The notes beneath the pieces are model-generated. The model was not told the origin of the DNA, made no database searches, and was given only the letters and a program-made list of their open reading frames with translations. From Octopus vulgaris (taxonomy: Eukaryota), in contig OX597817.1 of NCBI GenBank assembly GCA_951406725.2, forward strand, positions 18,786,001 through 18,850,000: a DNA stretch of 64,000 nucleotides. The letters are read 5' to 3'. How positions within the stretch are numbered: the stretch's first letter is position 1; each line of letters opens with the position of its first letter. Shown here piece by piece: positions 54,222 to 64,000 of this stretch. The translations under genes were made by a program, and so were the position numbers.

Positions 54222-54487
54222 TTCTTCTGCCGAACTGCTAAGTTACGGGATATAAACGACACATCAACAGTGGTTTTCAAGCTCTTGTTTGTGGGGGTAT
54301 AACACAAAGACACGCCCTCCCCCACACACATACACACACACCCACACCCATGACTGCCTTGTTTCAGTTTCCCTCTGCCCGACGCTATAGTAGAAAACAC
54401 TTGCCCAAGTGTCCAAGATGTCACGCTGTGGGACTGAATCCTGAATCATGTTGTTGGAAGTAAATTCCTTACCACACTGGCCGCCCA
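54222..54487 (-). mobile_element. SINE S2, diverged
   Basis: Reverse complement has cagtgtggtaagga...gattcagtcccacagcgtgac...ttgggcaagtgttttctactatagc. Confidence 0.75.
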
Positions 54488-54980
54488 AATATTTCTGAGG
54501 TTTCTGTTAGTGTGTTTGGGGTTTATGCATGTGTGAGTAAATGAAAGAACATTTACTGGTATCGAAACGTTTGTACATAAACTACTCTATGCTCACAAAT
54601 AAATTAAATCTTTCAAGCAGCAACTGTATATTTAAACGGTCTTCAGCTTCCTGACTGACTTTTGCAACTCACTTGAAGATGATCCACAAAAAGAAACGCG
54701 TTTGCTTTATCTGACTGTTATTTTATATTAATTGAATGAAGAGGAGTCCCCCACCTCGTGCTTTTGAGGTTAATGCAACCGACTCCGACATCTGCATATG
54801 TATGTACATAAAGGCCAAGAACTTTCCAGAGAAATAACATTAAAGAGTAAAGATAAAAATGTAACTCTATATTTTCATCTTTGACCTTATCATTAGTTAT
54901 TATCAGGAAGAATATATATTAATTCATTGAACATTGATCTTTATTTCGGATTAACCTACTGTATTTTTAGTAGAGTAGTA

Positions 54981-55430
54981 TGACAACTTTATTTCTGTTT
55001 ATTTTTCCTGTTTTCAGCTTTACGTTCATTGCTCCACTTTCTTAAAATCGCATGTTGACAACTCTATTTCTGTTTATTTTTCCTGTTTTCAGCTTTACGT
55101 TCATTGCTCCACTTTCTTAAAATCGCATGTTGACAACTCTATTTCTATTTATTTTTCCTGTTTTCAGCTTTACGTTCATTGCTCCACTTTCTTAAAATCG
55201 CATGTTGACAACTCTATTTCTGTTTATTTTTCCTGTTTTCAGCTTTACTTTCATTGCTCCACTTTCTTAAAATCGCATGTTGACAACTCTATTTCTGTTT
55301 ATTTTTCCTGTTTTCAGCTTTACTTTCATTGCTCCACTTTCTTAAAATCGCATGTTGACAACTCTATTTCTGTTTATTTTTCCTGTTTTCAGCTTTACTT
55401 TCATTGCTCCACTTTCTTAAAATCGCATGT
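54981..55430. repeat. Minisatellite, 6 x 75 bp
   Basis: Unit tgacaactctatttctgtttatttttcctgttttcagctttac(g/t)ttcattgctccactttcttaaaatcgcatgt starts at 54981, 55056, 55131, 55206, 55281 and 55356. Confidence 0.97.
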
Positions 55431-55719
55431 CACTCCAAAATTCTCCGACTCCAACGTCTGAACAACTCTATATATAAAACTTTTTTGCTTCATACGTGTT
55501 GGCTGTGACCGTTATTGGTGATAAAATTTCAAGAATTGAATTCTATTTCTTCTGCATTTTGAGAACCTTGTAGTCTTGTTCAGCTCTTCTTTATCAGCAC
55601 AGATATGGTCTTCTGCATTGCTGTCGTCTTCGGATAAGCTTTTGATTTTGAATTTCCGTTCTGATGCCTCGCTCACCGCTCAGATTTTCTTCTATTCTGG
55701 TACTCTTTTTCTTTTTTTT

Positions 55720-56090
55720 TTTTTACTCTTTTACTTATTTCAGTCATTTGACTGCGGCCATGCTTATTCTTTTGTAAGCCCAGTACTTATTCTATCGGTC
55801 TCTTTTGCCGAACCGCTAAGTGACGGGGACGTAAACACACCAGCATCGGTTGTCAAGCAATGCTAGGAGGACAAACACAGACACACAAACATATACACAC
55901 ACACTTATATATATATATACATATATACGACAGGCTTCTTTCAGTTTCCGTCTACCAAATCCACTCACAAGGCATTGGTCGGCCCAGGGCTATAGCAGAA
56001 GACACTTGCCCAAGATCCCACGCTGTGGACTGAATCCGGAACCATGTGGTTGGTTAGCAAGCTACTTACCACACAGCCACTCCTGCGCCT
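55720..56090 (-). mobile_element. SINE S2
   Basis: Reverse complement of the 14252 family, head ending cctgcgcct at 56090. Confidence 0.9.
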
Positions 56091-57249
56091 ATATTGTATA
56101 TATGTATGTGTGTATGTATACACACACTCTCACACACGTATATGTATATTATTTATATTCATACAAATTTCTGTTTATTCACCAAGAAAGGATGTATTAC
56201 TGAATGTTTCTATAATACAGTCTTCATGCATTTTTAGTGAATAAACAGAAATTTATATGTATGCATTAATGTACGTATGACAGGAGAGATGAATGCATGC
56301 AAGCATTTATGCAAGCAGGATCTTCGTCAAGTTAGATTTTATGAGAAAAATTATAGCAGTTTCATTAAGTTTGTTTACAGAATCAATGTTTTAATCATTA
56401 ATATATGCACGATAACGTAGCGGCTCCGTTTATTGCATGCGATTTTGTTCACGAAGGACTGCATAAACTATACAAAATGTTAATTTGCCAACATAATGAC
56501 CCTAATTGACGATATTATTCCAATGTTTATTCCAAGTAGATTTTGTTAGGCTACTCGGTATTTTAAGAGATGGAAATTTTTCAAATCAATCATACTACTA
56601 TTCAGTAGCATTTCATCACCAAATATGAGCGACATGTTGTCTAGTTTGTTCGGCTCTTGTAATACTGTGCTGACGAAGTGATCTTTGTAGCTAAACAAAT
56701 GTAAAGCCAAAGGCAGGTTTTCTTTGTTAGATGCAAGTGTAACTAAGAATTATTTCAATAGAAATATTTATACTTATCATGCATGTAATCTATTTATAGT
56801 GAAGCAAGACTCTTAGGTAGTGATACGGCATATATGTCAACATTTAAATTACTTGTATCCTTATACATCATAGGTATCACATGGGAACCCTGCGGCCATG
56901 TGATTCCTATCAAAATACTTAAGGCCAGTTCTCGGGCATTTCAATATATTTATGCTTTCTATAATAAATGTTTTTCATGAGTTTAGGCATTTCATGCAGT
57001 CATTTCTGTTTTCTTTTTTAAATTCTAGCTTAAAAATATGTACTATAGGCATTTACTGACAAAATGAAAAAAAAGCTAATAAATATGTTATTTAAAATGC
57101 AATCGTGAATATTCAAGACGTTCCTAATGTCTTTGAAAAAATATTACACATAATGATTTGTGGTTCACTAGCAAGCTACATTTACCAAAGAATACATCCT
57201 TGAGATATAAAAAACAACAAAAACATTCTGTTGGAGTATATTTAGAGTA

Positions 57250-59138
57250 TATTTTATCTTGATATCCGATATTATTGAATATATTTCTGAATTTATGATA
57301 AGCTGTTCAGAGATGAGCTAATACAATATTTCATTTTTATCTGAATTGTTTCTCGGCTCAATTTGATGTAGCTGTATTTGCTTTGTTTTACGGATAATAA
57401 ATCAATAAAATGTTGGGACAATGAATACTAATTAATCTTTTTAGCTGCCAAATATTGCAAATAAGTCCCTGGGGGCGAAAAGGAGACAGTCAATAAGTAT
57501 CGGTTTCATGTCATATAATATCGCTCCGCTCCTTACGGGCATTATTGATAGTTAACAATAGAATTGACTTCAAATAGATTTGGTGTGATTTGCTGGAAAT
57601 ATATCACAATAACAAGAAATAAAATAAAAAATGATAAACAAATTCAAGCGATATTTAGCAAAAGTTTACAAGATTGCTTTCGAAATTCTAGATTGTTTAA
57701 AGAAGATAATATATAATGAGAATAGATATATTATATGTTAAAAAGTATATATGGTTTGGTAGATTCACAAGCTATTAAGGAGACCAATCTTATTCATTAG
57801 TTGTGTTTCTCTTCCAGAAAAATATATGGTTATATAGCTCGTTTTCTAAAGTGACAATTACTATTTAGAGTAGTTCTTATTGATTCCAAATACGTACACA
57901 AAGATTACGTACTCTGCAAGAAAACGTTAAGTATGCATTCATTTAACGAGCGCCATTTCGTGTTGCATGGTTTCATAAAGCCTGCTGGGAAAGTGCCACT
58001 TTGTTTCACTCACTAGTATATCTACAGACGAAGAATCTAAAAGCCATTTATTAAATGGTCTATAGCTATGCGGGTAATACTTACACAGCATGAATATTTT
58101 CTAGCAAAATATACGTAAGTTATATATCCTATATTATAAATAATTTTTATTGAAGATTACTTGTATCCAGTCTTAACCATTTTACAATTCACACGTTCAA
58201 ATATGAAAAAAATATTTTCTGTTATAAAGGTTACATTTTAATCCCAATACATTGAATTATATTTTGAATATTGCACAAATTTTTTAATGAATTTAACATA
58301 CGGATTAGAAAGGGCTTTCTCTCTATATATTTGAAATCAAGCATTTGGATGAATTGTTAAGATAAGTAGATAAACATTTTTACAGTTAAATGTCTTAGAT
58401 AATGCTAGAGCTACAGGAATGATTTTCATACATTTAAAATCTAATATGGCGCAATACCTTCTATAGGATTAAACATATGATGTATAATTGTTAACCCATT
58501 AACAAACAGTTTAGAGTCATGTTTATTCCAGCCTTATTGGTCTCACGAAAAATAGTCTGATGATATTAGATACACGGTAGAATGTTGACCAGATGCGTAC
58601 GAATTAAAACACATTAACTGCGGTGCATCATAATATCTTCTAATATTTTATTCTCTTTTTAAATGATACTAAGATAAAATAGTATTGAGAAGTGTTCTGT
58701 AATGTCTGTTTACAATTTGTTGTTCTAACATGAAAGCTTTAACTGATGCTAGTTTGTTATTTCAATAATTTCATTTTAGATATTTTGTGGAAAATTGAAT
58801 TGAATTATGACATGAAAGATTAGAATTTTTCTGATACAATTTCCATTTCATCATTTTTTCTACATATAATTTTTGATTTTACATTTAGTTTTCTTTTTTA
58901 ATTTTTTCAAATCTACTGAAATAATGATTGTTCCATATACTTTTAAAGAAACATAAGTGATTGAAATCTTGTTATTTGTTTTATTTAACGTCATTCCGAA
59001 TTCCAAACAATACAGCGTGTCTTTGATTGAACAACAATTTTTAATTGATTCAAAGCAATAATAATTCTCATCATCAACACTGCCAGAATCACTTCCACAA
59101 GCATTTAAAACTAAACAATAAAATAAAACGAAGAACAT
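57250..59138 (-). pseudogene. Possible decayed LRR-containing GPCR (LGR/GRL101-like) pseudogene
   Basis: Signal-peptide-like, Cys-rich ORF 58860-59138. LRR-like LRHLTV and LILTIHPNA* (~58335-58400), YVYFARKYSCC hinge-like, TM2-like FLAEYVIFVYVFGI (~57880-57922), FWKRN, TM3-like LVSLIACEST (~57758-57787). Very degenerate. Confidence 0.33.
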
Positions 59139-59769
59139 TTTTAATCTTAATTATTGACATTTTAAATCAACGGAATATAATTTTATCAAAATTGGCTCAC
59201 TGCGCAAAAGAATATATATTTAATCACAGAGCTATTTAATTGTTGACACGAAAAGTTTAAAATGTATAATAATTAAACTTTAAATAGATTTAATTAAGAT
59301 ATTGTATATATCTCGAAAATATACAAAAAGCTCTTGAAGAATTGATATTATTATTAAAGAGTGGAGTGTCTCTAGTTTTTCATTGGGTTTAAGTAGAATA
59401 TTTTTGATGCTCAAATTTATGATGCACCCACATTTATTCAGGCCTTCAAGTTTTAAATCATTTGAAAAACAATGATATACAAATCTGAAAGAACGTTCCA
59501 GTTTAAAAAGAAATAAATAAAATGGTCGGTTGAGATGTTTTACATATATCCCACTTAATTTATACTGAGAGGGAATTCGATAAATGTGTGTTCACTATAT
59601 CATCACATATAATCTTGCCTTAAAATTTGTGATACTATTTTTAGATAATTCCCTTTGGTGATGCTCCAAAGACAGTTTAAATTTCTAAGACCTTTCCTGT
59701 AGATTCCCATGAATTCAAATATGAAAGATTAAAATTCTATCTATTCTTGCTTCAATTAAAATCTATAAA

Positions 59770-60055
<286 letters not shown>

Positions 60056-60091
60056 TTGATATATGTTTACATGCATGTATATATATGTATG

Positions 60092-60172
<81 letters not shown>

Positions 60173-60204
60173 GTATACACATACATATATATATATATGT
60201 ATAC

Positions 60205-60235
<31 letters not shown>

Positions 60236-60340
60236 GTATGGGTATCCAGAAGACTCAAGGTAGCAGGTAATGCTATGTATGTGCTATGGAAGGACCGTTG
60301 CTAGATTTTTGCTAATGCGGATCTTGTTTGAATATGCATA

Positions 60341-60611
60341 TGTTAAATAAAATGAGACAACATAACAACTTTATATATTTTTTATTTTACAGACATTCTC
60401 TTATTTCCCTATATACTTCTTATTTCTTTCCTTATCCAACATAACTCCTCATGTTGAACTCTAATATTTTTCTCTATTGAGCCATCTCACATCGTCTCTG
60501 ATGAAGGGATATCGCTAATATCCCGGAAACGCCTGTAAGACTAATTTTCACCTTATAAATGTTCGGAAAATTCCACACAGCCTTGGCTTTGTTGTCTCAT
60601 TATATTTAACA
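60341..60611 (+). mobile_element. 271-bp element with 21-bp TIRs carrying a hammerhead motif (family C)
   Basis: tgttaaataaaatgagacaac (60341-60361) versus gttgtctcattatatttaaca (60591-60611), 20/21 match as inverted repeats. Confidence 0.7.
60494..60541 (+). ncRNA. Type I hammerhead ribozyme-like motif
   Basis: GUCU (stem I)-CUGAUGA-A-GGGAUAU-cgcua-AUAUCCC (7-bp stem II)-G-GAA-AC-gccu-GU (stem III)-A (GUA cleavage triplet 60535-60537)-AGAC (stem I). Confidence 0.75.
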
Positions 60612-60897
60612 CACACACTCATACACACACACACGAATACGTGGAATACGAGATATACTCCTATTTCCTTAAGATTACAGGTTGCACTTAATAGTGCTCA
60701 TGAAATTGCTCTATAGAGACATCATTTACTGTGATGAACTTAAATCCCCAACAAAGATATCTGACGAATATAGGGCGATCAATTATTACAAGGAACCCGA
60801 TTTCTGGTCATACCGCTTGGACACAGGTCTTGGCTTGACCAAGATATATACTTAGGACACAATGCTATATATCTGCCTAATTATTGTCTCTCTAGAT

Positions 60898-61117
60898 CAG
60901 TGGTTTTCCACCAGGGTTCCGCGGAACCTTAGGGTTCCGCCAGTACAGTGCAGGGGTTCCGCAAGAAGTTACAAAACTGCTAAAATCGGCAGTAATTTTT
61001 AATTCTCCTGTGCAGATATGTGTGCATAAGACTATTAAATTATTGCACAGGGGTTCCTCGAGCCAGTGGAATATTTCCTTGGGGTTCTGCTCCAGCAAAA
61101 AAGTTTGAAAAGCACCG
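60898..61117. mobile_element. hAT (Charlie-like) MITE, 220 bp
   Basis: TIRs cagtggttttcca / tgaaaagcaccg, perfect 8-bp TSD CTCTAGAT (60890-60897, 61118-61125), repeated subterminal gggttcc motifs. Confidence 0.9.
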
Positions 61118-61731
61118 CTCTAGATAATTCATTCATCGCTATCCATTTCATATTTTGCAATCTCACGTTCTTCTCTTCTCTTACCCTCGTCTCTTTATTG
61201 ACAGCCTTCTGTCACACAAAAGAAAATGTCATGCTTAATTTCAGTTCACATATGTCTACTTTAATCGCTACTCTAGAATAGTCTGTTATTCCTTTGACAT
61301 TCACAGTAATATTTGTAGAATTGTTTAAAGAGATTATTGCAATGCAAATTACTGTCACATGTGGCATTCATTCTGTCTATCCTGAGGCAAATCATCAACC
61401 ATGTAATGGAAGGGTTGGTTTGTGATTAGTTGACCAGATTAACACTACTAGCTCAATATCGTTATATTCTACTTAAGCAAACTGTCATTCCACCTTTAGA
61501 TAAATCCTCTTCTGTTATACGCTGTCCCAAGTGCAATAACTATAAAATAATAGCAACAACAATAATTACAAAACTATGATTTACTTCATCTTGTACAAAG
61601 ATAATACTAAGTATAGTATGAAACGAGATACCATACATATTCTGGTGTACGTATTGCAATATCGCACGGTACATCTATACACAGCAGATGTACAGTGTTC
61701 AAATTAACGTTGCAATCATGTATTCTAATAT

Positions 61732-62039
61732 CACATGATCACATGACCGACCAGACCATCAGATGTTGCTACACATCGCTGGTCACAATGCGTTCGCATT
61801 GTTTTAGCCTTCGAATGACGCCACCCCGCTGGCTAAGCGTCAGGCCAACAGAAGAAAGAGTGAGAGAAAGAGTGGTGAAAGAGTACAGCAGAGATCACCC
61901 CCCCCCCCCTGCCGGAGCCTCGTGGAGCTTTAAGGTGTTTTCGCTCAATAAACACACACAACGCCCGGTCTTGGAATCGAAACCGCGATCCTACGACCGC
62001 GAGTTCGCTGCCCTAACCACTAGGCCATTGCGCCTCCAC
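61732..62039 (-). mobile_element. SINE with S3-type tRNA head but a different body and tail (sister family)
   Basis: Minus strand head ggaggcgcaatggcctagtggttagggcagcg... is shared with S3 to about tactcttt/caccac, then diverges. Tail (tcatgtga)n. 12-bp TSD gtattctaatat at 61720-61731 and 62040-62051. Confidence 0.9.
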
Positions 62040-62749
62040 GTATTCTAATATGCACATATAAATGGCTTACATACAAATACACAAATTATTAGCCTGTTTT
62101 CGCCATATATTCTTGAAAGGTGAATAAAATCAGCTTCATAAAGACAAAATCGCTGACAATTTGGATATTTGAAGCAATCCTTGATATATTATGAAACTTC
62201 CTTTCTTTGTAGATTATTTCAGTCAGCTTGTTTAATGTCATATTCAAAATTCTTGCATAAACGGAATATAATTTTCTCGATGTTAACCTAAAACTGAAAT
62301 TATTTTAAAATTCACATGAGTATTACTGTTTATCAAAACGAATATGTGGCAGCCTGTCTGTCATAATTTTGGTTTGTAAGGTTGCGGTAGTCATTCCTAG
62401 AGCATAGCTCTTCCAAGAATAGTCACTTTGGAATGATTTCATGTGTCGTATTAACTACGAGACCTCATCAACCTTACAATGTTTGAACATGCAAAGACCG
62501 CAATATAACGTATATGCTCTTGTCAAGAAATATATAAAGCTTTTCAAAACCTCTTTTTACTGGATGGTCTTCAACGGTTCAGAACATTTTGAATTTAATA
62601 TCCATGCTTCACAACCACTCAGCAAAACAGGTAAAAACATGCTTTGTAATATTGTAGAGTAATTTTATAAATATTGATGAGACCATAATTTTAGATATGG
62701 TTTCATATCTACCAAGTTAAAGATCAACCTATCAATCCTGGTCATCACT

Positions 62750-64000
62750 TTTCCGTCTGCAAAAATGAATCCAGCCGACTATCAGTATAGCAACAAGTAA
62801 ACACTGCTAAGCTGAGGTGATGAATTACAAAACGCCAGATTTAAATGGTTAAATAGTTTTCGTAATGTTACTTCAGTTTGGCAAGAATCGCCTTAAGTTG
62901 TGGTGTATGAGATATCGTAATGATAATATTGTCCCCGGTACATCAAACTGTCATTAAACAGATTCATACAATTTGCTCGTTGTAACCAGTTTTGTCATCG
63001 TTAGTACTGGTTTTCAGAATTCGTGTAATGAGCCCTATCTACTTAATATTTGTTAGATAACTCCATCCGCTCGTTCGACCTCCTTAGCTCAATTTATCTC
63101 TTCAACGATCGATTGCCATGGCGTTACTGGGTCTGATTAGGGACCTCTTTGACACGGACATTGTTCTCTCTAACTTGATTTAATGCTGATTTAGTTTCCC
63201 TTTAATTCCAAACTTACATGTCATTTGAAAGTTGGCATATTTCATACATAGCATTGAAGTTATCGTTGGCAGGCAATAGTAGATGACAGCGTCTCTGTTT
63301 GTTTCTTATAGTTTGTATGGAGTATCATGGTTAATTTCCTAGTTAGACCTGGTCGAAGAATAAATATCCCATTTGTTCTGGATCCACATATCGAGAACAA
63401 TATTCTTTTATATCCTACTATACAAAGCGAGTAGGTTATAGTTAGAGAGAATTTGAAAGTCAATGCCAGAGTGTGAAAGTTTATAGATAATTTATTTGCG
63501 TAAAGATTAACCCTAGTCATAGAGGCACTCAAGTTTCGTTGAGGCATGGTATATTGTTGTAGCAGATCGGAAATAGAATGTTGAAACGAACTTTTAAGTC
63601 CTACAAACGAAATGGTTTGGTTGTCTGACATTTGAAGAGAAATATATCGAGGTGAATTGTAATCGTATATGACAATTATTTCAGACATTACGTTCTCCAT
63701 TTCACTATTTAGCAATTGGCAACGGATATTAATAATAATACCACAAATATTATCAATACAAAAGCATTAGGGTGATCTTTATTCAAACATCTCTGCGGTG
63801 TTTTTCTTCACATTCATCTTTGTTTCCTATTCTTCTGTTACAATTAATTGCATGCAATGCAGTTGCACTTAGTGTAAGCACATATTTATCGACACTTTCT
63901 TTGTCATTCATTCTATGATAATCACCAGACCAGGTAAAAGACATAATTGTTGGAGTACGAGACAAAATGCTTTGCGGCATTTCTTATGGTCCTTTACGTT
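62750..64000 (-). pseudogene. Decayed cadherin/protocadherin-like ectodomain pseudogene (extends beyond the window)
   Basis: Cadherin-like motifs in order on the minus strand: NDKESVDKYVLTLSA, FCIDNICGII, IVIYDYNSP, ETLSST followed by frameshifted ANDNF, STNDDKTGYNEQIV* (62960-63008), TGDNI, SPQLSSVYL. Many stops. Confidence 0.5.

Noticed and set aside
54671-54705. Possible extra hammerhead (uugaagaug...gaaacgcgu)
   Set aside because: It has the palindromic GAAACGCGU but no pairable stem II or stem I. Too eroded to call.
54981-55430. CRISPR-like regular repeat
   Set aside because: Units are contiguous and near-identical with no unique spacers, and the context is eukaryotic.

Overview
AT-rich, microsatellite-dense eukaryotic DNA. 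The SINE repertoire (tRNA-Arg-like heads resembling the octopus OR1/OR2 families) and repeat landscape point to an octopod cephalopod genome; this is an inference. I see no intact protein-coding gene, and nearly all listed ORFs are microsatellite artefacts. The window is a mosaic of SINEs (several with clear TSDs), decayed LINEs (CR1-like, Tx1/L1-like, two R4/Dong, RTE), DNA transposons (mariner, maT-like, a Chapaev3-like element with TTA TSD, a hAT MITE, Helitrons), and heavily decayed intronless receptor-like pseudogenes (Toll-like receptor, cadherin, possibly LGR and adhesion GPCR). Two things stand out. First, at least eight minimal type-I hammerhead-ribozyme-like motifs fall in three distinct short, non-coding, microsatellite-embedded repeat families (Penelope-like/retrozyme-like); one sits inside a 271-bp element with 21-bp terminal inverted repeats and two form an inverted pair. 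Second, a young ~2.1-kb array of a ~492-bp unit switches orientation mid-array, forming a large palindrome between two (TA)n tracts.
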